Positions 15,691-24,961 of a DNA stretch of 37,716 nt are shown here, piece by piece. The notes beneath the pieces are model-generated. The model was not told where the DNA came from. It did not search any database and saw nothing but the letters and a program-made list of their open reading frames with translations. Made by a program: the position numbers and the translations under genes. The DNA comes from a virus. Lineage: Duplodnaviria > Heunggongvirae > Uroviricota > Caudoviricetes. The first letter of the stretch is position 1. The number at the start of each line of letters is the position of its first letter. The stretch lies in the IMG/VR virus record IMGVR_UViG_643692022_000005. One strand, given 5' to 3'.

Positions 15691-15847
15691 TACTCCTGTA
15701 CCGTTTATACCCAATCCGCTGACGTATGGTACCAGTCTGGAGTTGAATGTTGCTCTATTGTCAGCCTTGGGACAATGTAATTTTGATAAAACTGGAATCA
15801 GAAAGATTGAATCACGGCGCGCTATTTTGCATTCGAAAGACAAATAG
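15575..15847 (+). CDS. Rz1: Rz1-like outer-membrane lipoprotein spanin (overlapped arrangement)
   Basis: In the +1 frame inside Rz, starting MMIVLHVLCLLPLLTGC (lipobox LLTGC), Pro-rich mature part; extends past the Rz stop. Confidence 0.65.
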   Translation: MMIVLHVLCLLPLLTGCGNSRTVYVSAPVAPLPASLTSDTPVPFIPNPLTYGTSLELNVALLSALGQCNFDKTGIRKIESRRAILHSKDK

Positions 15848-16212
15848 CTCGAGTTATATTTTTCATTATCAGTGCGAATGCGCCTAATAAAGCTGTGTAT
15901 TATGATAATTTTATAAAACTTATGGGCTTAAATTCAGACGCCAGCGTTTTTATAGTGTAATGTAGCAGCTTACATAAAATATGCATCGTGATTAACTATT
16001 AGTCCAACCTTTTGGACCAATATGAAAGTGGAAGTTTGTACAAATCGTTTGTAGATGATTAAACATGTGTCTAGTAGAGCTAGTCATGAACAGGTTTATT
16101 ACGTATCATTTTGTTTAGATTATCGAGAGTACAACTAGTAGAGCAGCTAATCTTTAGATAGTGCCAGTGATGTTCACTTACGATAAACTAACCTTTTCAT
16201 TCAGTGGAGGTT

Positions 16213-16650
16213 ATGATGTGGCATACATTACTTAACTGGCCTTGGGGAACTGTGTGGTCAGCTGTATCGGCTTTAGGTTCAATTGTAACTGTTACATTAG
16301 GTTTTTGGGCAATGAATGTTTGGCGGCGACAGGAGGCTCTGAAGGCCAAAATGGCTCTGAAAATGGCAGTGGCTGATTATTCAAATGCATTATCACAGCT
16401 ACCTTTATCTCTTAGTCGTAATGTTCGTATTGAAAAAAGGGCCGAGCTACGAGAGTTAAGCCATAAATTAAATGCTATTAATAATGCTTTTTTGATATGC
16501 GAACATATGTTGGAAAAATACCCACGTGTAAACAGCGGTTGTCGTTCTTTATCTGTTGCCCACAAAGAATATATTAGAATGAGAGATAATAGTATTCAGG
16601 CGAAATATATTTGTCAGAATATTCTTTCAGAACAGTTTGTATTCAAATGA
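16213..16650 (+). CDS. Hypothetical single-pass membrane protein (AT-rich cargo gene)
   Basis: GGAGG RBS; one hydrophobic helix (WSAVSALGSIVTVTLGFWAMNVW) then a charged domain. AT-rich island between lysis and packaging genes. Confidence 0.6.
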   Translation: MMWHTLLNWPWGTVWSAVSALGSIVTVTLGFWAMNVWRRQEALKAKMALKMAVADYSNALSQLPLSLSRNVRIEKRAELRELSHKLNAINNAFLICEHMLEKYPRVNSGCRSLSVAHKEYIRMRDNSIQAKYICQNILSEQFVFK

Positions 16651-16708
16651 AAATGAACGATTGGCATTTACTTGCCGTTTATTCATTGGATTGAAAAGTC
16701 TATTTAGC

Positions 16709-16728
16709 AAACCGTGTTAAAGCGGTTT
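16709..16728 (+). terminator. Weak hairpin after the membrane cargo gene
   Basis: 6-bp stem AAACCG/CGGTTT with 8-nt loop; the following T-run is poor. Confidence 0.3.
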
Positions 16729-16777
16729 CTGATTGCAGTTATGGTTAGATATTTAACGAAAACTACAGGGATAATAG

Positions 16778-17128
16778 ATGCCTCCACGAACCCCAAAAGC
16801 CTGCCGCGTTCGCGGCTGCCGCCATACCACGACTGACCCATCAGGCTACTGCGAAAGCCACAAAAGCGAAGGCTGGAAGCAATACAAGTCTGGCCAGTCC
16901 CGTCATCAGCGCGGTTATGGTTCGAAGTGGGACGTTATCCGCGCGCGTGTGCTGAAGCGTGACAAAGGCCTGTGCCAGTTGTGCCTGCGTGCCGGTGTGG
17001 TGCGCGAGGCGAAAACCGTTGACCACATCATCCCTAAAGCGCATGGCGGCACCGATGCAGACAGTAACCTACAGAGTCTGTGCTGGCCGTGTCATAAGGC
17101 GAAGACGGCCCGTGAACGGATTAAGTAA
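16778..17128 (+). CDS. HNH endonuclease (packaging-associated)
   Basis: 116 aa with CxxC...H...N...CxxCH motifs (CQLCLRAG...DHIIPKAHGGTDADSNLQSLCWPCHKAK), directly upstream of the terminase small subunit as in HK97-type phages. Confidence 0.8.
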   Translation: MPPRTPKACRVRGCRHTTTDPSGYCESHKSEGWKQYKSGQSRHQRGYGSKWDVIRARVLKRDKGLCQLCLRAGVVREAKTVDHIIPKAHGGTDADSNLQSLCWPCHKAKTARERIK

Positions 17129-17136
17129 GAACCAGT

Positions 17137-17218
17137 TCCCTCTGCCAGAGGGGAGGGGCGGGTCAAATCCCTGTGACCTGACGTCTTCCGGACTGCCCGC
17201 CCCATCGTTTTTTTATAC
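17137..17218. other. Structured GC-rich region between HNH and terminase genes (candidate cos/packaging site or terminator)
   Basis: Hairpin CCCTC...GAGGG at 17139-17153 and long-range stem GGGGCGGG (17156-17163) / CCCGCCCC (17197-17204), followed by TTTTTTTA. Confidence 0.3.
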
Positions 17219-17253
17219 CCGCGAAAAATGAAATTTAACCAGGAGTGCCGCAT

Positions 17254-17748
17254 ATGGCTGGAACGGCGGGGCGTTCCGGGCGTCGCCCCAAGCCAACGGC
17301 GCGCAAGGTGCTGGCCGGAAACCCCGGCAAGCGAGCCCTGAACAAAGATGAACCTGTTTTTACGCCCATCAAAGGTGTTGAGCCACCGGAGTGGTTCGCT
17401 GAAGAAGATCTCCCTCTCGCCACGATCATGTGGCAACTGACAACCAAAGAACTCTGCGGTCAGGGCCTGCTGTGCGTGACTGACCTCGCGGTGCTTGAGC
17501 GGTGGTGCGTGGCCTACGAGTTCTGGCGACGTGCCGTGAAAAATATTGCCAGACAGGGCAACACCATCACCGGTGCAATGGGCGGTATGGTCAAAAATCC
17601 GGAGCTGACCGCCAAAAAAGAACAGGAGTCCGAGATGAGCAGTACGGGGGCAATGCTCGGACTCGACCCCAGCAGCCGCCAGCGTCTGATTGGCCTGGCG
17701 GGGAAGAAGAAAGCCACTAACCCGTTTCTGAAAATCATCGAATCATGA
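17254..17748 (+). CDS. Terminase small subunit (P27-family-like)
   Basis: Starts [14 protein letters not shown]...GNPGKRALN, typical of P27-family small terminases; AGGAG RBS 8 nt upstream. Confidence 0.8.
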   Translation: MAGTAGRSGRRPKPTARKVLAGNPGKRALNKDEPVFTPIKGVEPPEWFAEEDLPLATIMWQLTTKELCGQGLLCVTDLAVLERWCVAYEFWRRAVKNIARQGNTITGAMGGMVKNPELTAKKEQESEMSSTGAMLGLDPSSRQRLIGLAGKKKATNPFLKIIES

Positions 17749-19478
17749 GCCGGAAATCTTACCCCAACGTAAATGCTGCCAATCAGTATGCCCGGGATGT
17801 CGTGCGCGGAAAGATTGTGGCCTGCCAGTTTGTGATTCAGGCCTGCCAGCGCCATCTTGATGACCTGATGGCGGAAAAAAGTAAGTCGTTTCGTTACCGC
17901 TTCGACAAGGACTTGGCTGAACGGGCCGCCAAATTTATTCAGCTGTTGCCGCACACCAAGGGTGAGTGGGCATTCAAGAGGATGCCCATCACGCTGGAGC
18001 CGTGGCAGCTCTTTGTGATCTGCTGCGCGTTTGGCTGGGTCAATAAAGGCTCCCGGCTGCGCCGCTTCCGGGAGGTGTATACCGAAATCCCCCGTAAGAA
18101 CGGCAAATCAGCAATCTCTGCCGGTGTCGCCCTGTATTGTTTTGCCTGTGATAACGAGTTCGGCGCGGAAGTGTATTCCGGTGCCACGACGGAGAAACAG
18201 GCATGGGAAGTCTTTCGTCCGGCAAGACTGATGTGTAAACGCACACCCATGCTGACGGAAGCGTTCGGGATTGAGGTTAACGCCTCAAACATGAATCGTC
18301 CGGAGGATGGCGCGCGGTTTGAACCGCTGATCGGTAACCCCGGTGATGGTTCATCACCCCACTGTGCGGTGGTGGATGAATATCACGAGCACGCCACCGA
18401 TGCGCTTTACACCACGATGCTTACCGGGATGGGGGCGCGACGTCAGCCACTGATGTGGGCCATTACTACTGCCGGGTACAACATTGAGGGGCCGTGCTAC
18501 GACAAGCGACGGGAAGTTATCGAGATGCTCAACGGGTCGGTACCCAACGATGAACTGTTCGGGATCATCTATACCGTTGACGAAGGCGATGACTGGACCG
18601 ACCCGCAGGTGCTGGAAAAAGCTAACCCGAATATTGGCGTGTCGGTTTATCGCGAATTTTTGTTAAGTCAGCAGCAGCGTGCGAAAAATAACGCCCGTCT
18701 GGCAAACGTCTTTAAAACAAAACACCTCAATATCTGGGTGTCGGCGCGTTCGGCGTATTTCAACCTGGTGAGCTGGCAGAGCTGCGAGGATAAATCACTG
18801 ACCCTTGAGCAGTTCGAGGGGCAGCCGTGCATTCTGGCCTTTGACCTGGCGCGTAAGCTGGATATGAACAGCATGGCGCGACTTTATACCCGCGAGATTG
18901 ACGGTAAAACGCATTACTACAGTGTGGCCCCGCGTTTCTGGGTACCGTATGACACGGTGTACAGCGTCGAGAAAAATGAAGATCGACGGACAGCCGAACG
19001 CTTTCAGAAATGGGTGGAAATGGGCGTTCTGACCGTTACCGATGGTGCGGAGGTGGATTATCGCTACATCCTCGAGGAGGCCAAAGCGGCGAACAAAATC
19101 AGCCCGGTCAGTGAGTCACCCATCGACCCCTTCGGGGCGACCGGGTTGTCACATGACCTTGCTGATGAAGACCTGAACCCCATCACTATCATTCAGAACT
19201 ACACCAACATGTCCGACCCGATGAAAGAGCTGGAAGCGGCAATTGAATCGGGGCGCTTTCATCATGATGGCAATCCCATCATGACCTGGTGTATCGGCAA
19301 CGTGGTCGGCAAAACCATTCCGGGTAACGATGATGTGGTGAAGCCCGTCAAAGAGCAGGCGGAAAACAAAATCGATGGTGCAGTTGCGCTGATTATGGCG
19401 GTTGGCAGAGCCATGCTGTACGAGAAAGAAGACACGCTGTCTGACCACATTGAGTCCTATGGGATCCGCTCGCTTTAA
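17745..19478 (+). CDS. Terminase large subunit
   Basis: 577 aa with Walker-A-like GKS ([11 protein letters not shown]) and a C-terminal nuclease region; overlaps the small subunit stop. Confidence 0.88.
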
Positions 19479-19489
19479 CTGAGGTAATT

Positions 19490-19672
19490 ATGATCATGCT
19501 GATTCTCGCGCCTCTGGTGGGCGTGCTGGGGGCGCTTTTGCTGGCGTATGGTGCCTGGCTGATTTATCCCCCGGCGGGGTTTGTTGTTGCCGGGGCGTTG
19601 TGCCTGTTCTGGTCGTGGCTGGTGGCGCGATATCTCGACCGTACACAGTCGTCTGTCGGCGGAGGTAAATAG
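19490..19672 (+). CDS. Small hydrophobic protein
   Basis: 60 aa, two predicted transmembrane helices, GAGG RBS, wedged between terminase and portal. Confidence 0.45.
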
Positions 19673-20913
19673 TGTTCTTTTCGGGATTATTTCAACGAAA
19701 AAGTGACGCACCGGTGACCACGCCAGCAGAGCTGGCGGATGCTATCGGGTTGTCCTACGACACCTATACCGGAAAGCAGATCAGCAGCCAGCGGGCCATG
19801 CGACTGACGGCGGTTTTTTCCTGTGTCAGGGTGCTGGCGGAGTCGGTCGGGATGTTGCCCTGCAACCTGTATCACCTGAACGGCAGCCTGAAGCAGAGAG
19901 CCACTGGCGAACGTCTGCATAAGCTGATCTCCACGCATCCCAATGGCTATATGACGCCGCAGGAGTTCTGGGAGCTGGTGGTCACCTGTCTGTGCCTGCG
20001 GGGAAACTTTTACGCCTACAAAGTGAAAGCATTTGGCGAAGTGGCTGAACTGCTGCCCGTCGATCCCGGCTGTGTGGTACCGAAGCTTAACAGTAGCTGG
20101 GAGCCGGTCTATCAGGTCACATTCCCGGATGGCTCCACGGATGTACTGAGCCAGGAGGATATCTGGCATGTGCGCACGCTGACGCTGGACGGACTGGTGG
20201 GGCTGAATCCCATCGCCTATGCCCGCGAGGCAATATCGCTGGCGGCAGCGACCGAAGAGCACGGGGCCAGACTGTTCAGCAATGGCGCGGTGACGTCGGG
20301 TGTGTTGCGTACAGAGCAGACGCTGTCAGATCAGGCTTACGAGCGCCTGAAGAAAGATTTTGAGGAGCGTCACACCGGGCTTGGTAATGCTCACCGCCCG
20401 ATGATCCTTGAGATGGGGCTGGACTGGAAGTCGATGGCGCTGAACGCCGAGGACAGCCAGTTCCTGGAAACCCGCAAGTTTCAGCTTGAAGAAATCTGTC
20501 GTCTGTTCCGGGTGCCGTTGCACATGGTGCAGAACACCGATCGCGCCACCTTCAACAATATTGAAGAGCTGGGGCTGGGATTTATCAACTATTCACTGGT
20601 GCCGTATCTGACCCGCATCGAGCAGCGGATCAACACCGGACTGGTTCGAAAAAGTAAGCAGGGCGTTTATTACGCCAAATTTAACGCCGGGGCGTTACTG
20701 CGCGGGGATATGAAGTCCCGTTTTGAAGCCTACGCCACCGGGATTAACTGGGGAATTTACTCTCCCAATGACTGCCGCGACCTGGAAGATATGAATCCGC
20801 GTCCCGGTGGGGATGTCTATCTCACACCGATGAACATGACCACGAAACCCTCCGATGGCAGTAAAGCCGGTAAGCAGAAGGATAACGCCAATGCAGACGA
20901 AACAACGTCTTGA
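19672..20913 (+). CDS. Portal protein (HK97-family-like)
   Basis: 413 aa; GTG start preceded by GGAGG; position after the terminase. Confidence 0.85.
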   Translation: MFFSGLFQRKSDAPVTTPAELADAIGLSYDTYTGKQISSQRAMRLTAVFSCVRVLAESVGMLPCNLYHLNGSLKQRATGERLHKLISTHPNGYMTPQEFWELVVTCLCLRGNFYAYKVKAFGEVAELLPVDPGCVVPKLNSSWEPVYQVTFPDGSTDVLSQEDIWHVRTLTLDGLVGLNPIAYAREAISLAAATEEHGARLFSNGAVTSGVLRTEQTLSDQAYERLKKDFEERHTGLGNAHRPMILEMGLDWKSMALNAEDSQFLETRKFQLEEICRLFRVPLHMVQNTDRATFNNIEELGLGFINYSLVPYLTRIEQRINTGLVRKSKQGVYYAKFNAGALLRGDMKSRFEAYATGINWGIYSPNDCRDLEDMNPRPGGDVYLTPMNMTTKPSDGSKAGKQKDNANADETTS

Positions 20914-21541
20914 TGTACCGCTGAGTCTGAAATCTGTCAGTGACTCCGGTGAGTTTGAAGGGTATGGCTCCGTCTTTGGTGTAAAGGACAGCCACGATGA
21001 TGTGGTGATGTCCGGGGCATTTGCTGCTTCCCTACGGGCGTGGAGTGACAGAAAAGCGTTACCAGCGCTGCTCTGGCAGCACCGCATGGATGAGCCCATC
21101 GGTGTTTATACCGAAATGAAGGAAGACGATGTCGGGCTTTACGTCAGGGGGCGGTTGCTCATTGATGATGATCCCCTGGCAAAACGCGCACATGCACACA
21201 TGAAGGCCGGTTCGTTAACCGGCCTTTCTATTGGGTACGTCCTGAAAGACTGGGAATACGACCGGAGCAAAGAAGCCTTTCTGCTGAAAGAAATTGACCT
21301 CTGGGAAGTCAGCCTGGTGACGTTCCCGTCTAACGACGAGGCGCGGATCAGCGACGTCAAGAACGCACTGGCCCGCGGGGAAATCCCCGAACAGAAAAAA
21401 ATCGAAAGAGTCCTGCGTGATGTCGGACTCTCCCGTACCCAGGCCAAAGCATTCATGGCCGGGGGCTATGGCGCACTGTCCCTGCGCGACGCTGAGGATG
21501 TGGGCTCTGCACTGAATGCACTGAAAAATCTGAACTTCTAA
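20891..21541 (+). CDS. Prohead protease (HK97/U35-family-like)
   Basis: Start placed at the internal ATG (MQTKQRLDVPL); the track ORF begins at 20855. Position between portal and major capsid. Confidence 0.75.
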   Translation: MQTKQRLDVPLSLKSVSDSGEFEGYGSVFGVKDSHDDVVMSGAFAASLRAWSDRKALPALLWQHRMDEPIGVYTEMKEDDVGLYVRGRLLIDDDPLAKRAHAHMKAGSLTGLSIGYVLKDWEYDRSKEAFLLKEIDLWEVSLVTFPSNDEARISDVKNALARGEIPEQKKIERVLRDVGLSRTQAKAFMAGGYGALSLRDAEDVGSALNALKNLNF

Positions 21542-21555
21542 TCAGGAGAAATACG

Positions 21556-22761
21556 ATGGCGGTTGATATTAAAGATGTCGAACAGGTCGCGCAGGAGCTG
21601 CAGCAGAAGTTTGACGACTTCAAAGCAAAGAACGACAAGCGCGTGGATGCGATTGAGCAGGAAAAAGGCAAACTTGCCGGGCAGGTGGAAACCCTGAACG
21701 GGAAACTCAGCGAGCTGGAAAACCTCAAAAGCGATCTTGAAAAAGAGCTGCTTGAGCTGAAACGTCCGGCAGGTGGTGCGCAAAATAAACTGGCCACCGA
21801 GCATAAAGAGGCGTTTGTGGGCTTCCTGCGTAAAGGCCGTGAAGACGGTCTGCGCGATCTGGAGCGTAAGGCATTGCAGGTGGGCACCGATGAAGACGGT
21901 GGCTACGCCGTGCCGGAAGCACTGGATCGCAACATTCTTAACCTGCTGAAAGATGAAGTGGTGATGCGTCAGGAAGCCACGGTGATCACCGTTGGCGGTT
22001 CCGACTACAAAAAACTGGTGAATCTAGGCGGTACGGCTTCCGGATGGGTGGGGGAAACGGATACGCGATCCCAGACTGCCACCTCCAGACTGGAGCTGAT
22101 TGAACCTCTCATGGGGGAAATCTACGGCAACCCGCAGGCTACCCAGAAAATGCTGGACGATGTCTTCTTCAACGTGGAGGCCTGGATCAACAGCGAGCTG
22201 GCAACCGAATTTGCCGAACAGGAAGAAATTGCCTTTACCTCAGGCGATGGCACCAAGAAGCCGAAAGGGTTCCTGGCGTATGAATCCACTGATGAAACCG
22301 ATAAGGTCCGGGCGTTCGGCAAACTTCAGCATATTGTATCCGGCGAAGCAACCGCGGTGACCGCAGACGCCATTATCAAACTGATTTACACGCTGCGTAA
22401 GGCACACCGCACTGGCGCGAAGTTCATGATGAACAACAACAGCCTGTTTGCCATCCGTCTGCTGAAAGACACCGAGGGTAACTATCTGTGGCGTCCGGGG
22501 CTGGAACTGGGGCAGCCGTCCTCTCTGGCGGGTTACGGTATCGCTGAAAACGAACAGATGCCGGATATCGCCGCTGATGCGAAAGCCATTGCATTTGGTA
22601 ACTTCAAACGGGGTTACACCATCGTTGACCGTATCGGCACCCGCATTCTGCGTGACCCGTACACCAATAAACCGTTTGTCGGTTTTTATACCACCAAGCG
22701 CACCGGCGGGATGCTGGTCGATTCGCAGGCCATCAAACTGCTGAAGATTGCAGCGGCGTAA
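21556..22761 (+). CDS. Major capsid protein (HK97-fold family)
   Basis: 401 aa; N-terminal coiled-coil delta-domain-like region then capsid domain; follows the protease. Confidence 0.85.
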   Translation: MAVDIKDVEQVAQELQQKFDDFKAKNDKRVDAIEQEKGKLAGQVETLNGKLSELENLKSDLEKELLELKRPAGGAQNKLATEHKEAFVGFLRKGREDGLRDLERKALQVGTDEDGGYAVPEALDRNILNLLKDEVVMRQEATVITVGGSDYKKLVNLGGTASGWVGETDTRSQTATSRLELIEPLMGEIYGNPQATQKMLDDVFFNVEAWINSELATEFAEQEEIAFTSGDGTKKPKGFLAYESTDETDKVRAFGKLQHIVSGEATAVTADAIIKLIYTLRKAHRTGAKFMMNNNSLFAIRLLKDTEGNYLWRPGLELGQPSSLAGYGIAENEQMPDIAADAKAIAFGNFKRGYTIVDRIGTRILRDPYTNKPFVGFYTTKRTGGMLVDSQAIKLLKIAAA

Positions 22762-22768
22762 TCACTCA

Positions 22769-22795
22769 GGGGCGCGGAACCGCGCCCCCTGTTCT
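22769..22795 (+). terminator. GC-rich hairpin after the major capsid gene (attenuator/terminator-like)
   Basis: GGGGCGCGG-AA-CCGCGCCCC inverted repeat immediately after the stop, followed by a weak U-run. Confidence 0.4.
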
Positions 22796-22810
22796 GACGG
22801 GTGAAGAATC

Positions 22811-23011
22811 ATGATCCTGAAACAAGATCTGAAATGGTCACCGGACGGTATGCGTGTTGAGGTCATTCGGGCCGGTGAGTATGGCGACGGGGCGCTTCCT
22901 GCCCGGGTGCAGGAGATTGCACTTCAGGCCGGGTTAGCAGAGCGCGGAACCCGTGCAAAAAGCAGTAAAGCGACAAAAGAGAAAAAAGCCACGACCAGTA
23001 AAGAGGGCTGA
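22811..23011 (+). CDS. Small hypothetical head-region protein
   Basis: 66-aa ORF between capsid and connector genes with a Lys-rich C-terminus. Confidence 0.45.
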   Translation: MILKQDLKWSPDGMRVEVIRAGEYGDGALPARVQEIALQAGLAERGTRAKSSKATKEKKATTSKEG

Positions 23012-23013
23012 GT

Positions 23014-23337
23014 ATGCTTCTGACAATGGAAGAGATTAAAGCCCAACTCCGGCTGGATGAGGATTTCGATGCTGATGACCGCCATCTGCAACTGCTGGCC
23101 TGTGCGGCGCAAAAGCGGACGGAAACGTATCTGAACCGGAAGCTCTATGCACCGGATGAAACCATTCCGGACAGCGATCTGGACGGGCTGCACCTGCCGG
23201 ATGATATTCGTCTGGGGATGCTGATGCTTATCAGCCATTTTTACGAAAACCGCTCGTCGGTTACGGAAGTGGAGAAACTCGACATGCCGCAGAGTTTTGG
23301 CTGGCTTGTCGGCCCGTACAGGTACTTTCCGCAATGA
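23014..23337 (+). CDS. Head-tail connector protein (gp6-like)
   Basis: 107 aa, position and size typical of the HK97 gp6-like connector. Confidence 0.65.
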   Translation: MLLTMEEIKAQLRLDEDFDADDRHLQLLACAAQKRTETYLNRKLYAPDETIPDSDLDGLHLPDDIRLGMLMLISHFYENRSSVTEVEKLDMPQSFGWLVGPYRYFPQ

Positions 23338-23744
23338 AAATTCGTCAGGCGCAGACCAGCGCAACCTACATTCTGCCGGACCCCGGTGAACTGAATAAAC
23401 TCGTCCTGATCCGCCAGCGGGTGGATATGCCCGCGGATAACTTTGGCGTGGAGCCTCAATACCCGGTTACGTTCCGGACATGGGCGAAGGTTATCCAGAC
23501 CAGTGCCACCACCTGGCAGGAAACCGCGCAGACCGGAGACGCCATCACCCATTACATCACCATTCGCTACCGCCGGGGGATCACCGCTGATTATGAGGTG
23601 GTCTGCGGTGACAGTGTGTACCGGGTAAAACGTCAGCGCGATCTGAACGGGGCGCGGCGCTTTCTGCTGCTGGAGTGTACGGAGCTGGGCGAATTTACGC
23701 AGAGTCACGGAGGCAACAATGGCGACTTCCTTTTTGCACGTTGA
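23334..23744 (+). CDS. Head closure / head-tail adaptor protein
   Basis: 136 aa, overlapping start and stop with neighbours; position in the head-completion block. Confidence 0.6.
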   Translation: MKIRQAQTSATYILPDPGELNKLVLIRQRVDMPADNFGVEPQYPVTFRTWAKVIQTSATTWQETAQTGDAITHYITIRYRRGITADYEVVCGDSVYRVKRQRDLNGARRFLLLECTELGEFTQSHGGNNGDFLFAR

Positions 23745-24225
23745 TTTTCAGCAGCCCGCGGAGATGCGCTTTAACCGCGCCCGTGTCCGGCGGGCGTTTG
23801 TCACCATTGGTCAGCGTCATATGCGTGATGCCCGTCGGCTGGTGATGCGCCGTGCGCGGTCGGCACCGGGTGAAAACCCCGGTTATCAGACCGGACGCCT
23901 GGCACGTTCGATTGGGTATATGGTACCCAGAGCCAGTAAACATCGCCCCGGTTTTATGGCACGTATAGCCCCTAACCAGCGTAATGGTGAGGGAAATCGC
24001 CGCATCACCGGTGATTTTTATCCGGCTTTTTTGTTCTATGGCGTGAGGCGAGGGGCAAAGCGTCGTCGCAGCCATCATCGTGGTGCATCCGGTGGCAGCG
24101 GCTGGCGACTGGCTCCACGTAATAACTTCATGGTGGAAACGCTTGAAAAGAACCGCAGCTGGACACGCTATTTTCTGGCGCGGGAATTACGTAAATCACT
24201 GAAGCCGGAGCGACGACGCAGATGA
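23719..24225 (+). CDS. HK97 gp10-like head-tail joining protein
   Basis: 168 aa, basic; position; family assignment from memory. Confidence 0.55.
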   Translation: MATSFLHVDFQQPAEMRFNRARVRRAFVTIGQRHMRDARRLVMRRARSAPGENPGYQTGRLARSIGYMVPRASKHRPGFMARIAPNQRNGEGNRRITGDFYPAFLFYGVRRGAKRRRSHHRGASGGSGWRLAPRNNFMVETLEKNRSWTRYFLARELRKSLKPERRRR

Positions 24226-24782
24226 AACTGACTCCTGTTATTGCTGCGCTGCGTACCCGCTGCCCGTATTTTGAAAACCGGGTGGCAGGCGCGGCACAGT
24301 TCAAAAATCTGCCGGAGGTCGGAAAGCTGAGACTCCCGGCAGCGTATGTGGTACCGGGTGATGATTCTCCTGGAGAAAACAAAAGCCAGACCGACTACTG
24401 GCAGGAGCTGAAAGAGGGCTTCTCCGTGGTTGTCATACTGAGTAACGGGCGTGATGAGCGCGGTCAGTTTGCCTCGTATGATGTGGTGGACGATGTCCGG
24501 CAGATGCTCTTTAAGGCCCTGCTGGGCTGGAACCCGGAAGCGTGCGGTAACCCGATTACCTATGACGGCGGCACGCTGCTGGATCTGAATCGTCATGAGC
24601 TGATTTATCAGTTCGATTTTTCGGTCATCAGCGAGCTGACCGAAGACGATACCCGCCAGCAGGATGACCTGAACAGTCTGGATGAACTGCGAACGCTGGC
24701 GATTGATGTTGATTATCTCGATCCCGGTAACGGGCCTGACGGCGATATCGAACATCACACCGAAATAACCCTTCCTTCCTGA
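24222..24782 (+). CDS. Tail completion / tail terminator-like protein
   Basis: 186 aa, immediately upstream of the sheath gene; function inferred from position only. Confidence 0.5.
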   Translation: MKLTPVIAALRTRCPYFENRVAGAAQFKNLPEVGKLRLPAAYVVPGDDSPGENKSQTDYWQELKEGFSVVVILSNGRDERGQFASYDVVDDVRQMLFKALLGWNPEACGNPITYDGGTLLDLNRHELIYQFDFSVISELTEDDTRQQDDLNSLDELRTLAIDVDYLDPGNGPDGDIEHHTEITLPS

Positions 24783-24790
24783 GAATCTTC

Positions 24791-24961
24791 ATGTTTGTGA
24801 AACCTGTTAAAGGGCGGTCAGTGCCTGACCCTGCCCGCGGTGACCTTTTGCCCGCCGAAGGGCGAAATGTTGACGAGAACAACTACTGGCTGCGCCGTGA
24901 AGCAGCGGGTGATATCCGGCGCGTGAATAAAAAGGTGAACACCGATGACGATGAGCTTTAA
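24791..24961 (+). CDS. Small conserved tail-module protein (DUF2635-like), not in the ORF track
   Basis: My own translation: MFVKPVKGRSVPDPARGDLLPAEGRNVDENNYWLRREAAGDIRRVNKKVNTDDDEL (56 aa). Recalled as a small protein that precedes the sheath in Mu-like tail clusters; overlaps the sheath start. Confidence 0.5.
   Translation: MFVKPVKGRSVPDPARGDLLPAEGRNVDENNYWLRREAAGDIRRVNKKVNTDDDEL

Noticed and set aside
15509-15847. Full 112-aa track ORF as the Rz1 product
   Set aside because: The first 22 codons precede the lipoprotein signal; the Met-Met at 15575 directly before the lipobox is the more plausible Rz1 start.
21453-21887. 144-aa minus-strand ORF over the protease/capsid junction
   Set aside because: Extreme Ser/Arg/Cys low-complexity sequence, antisense to well-supported head genes.
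24168-24758. 196-aa minus-strand ORF antisense to the tail-completion gene
   Set aside because: Antisense to a tightly packed late operon, no RBS, Arg-rich composition typical of GC-rich antisense frames.
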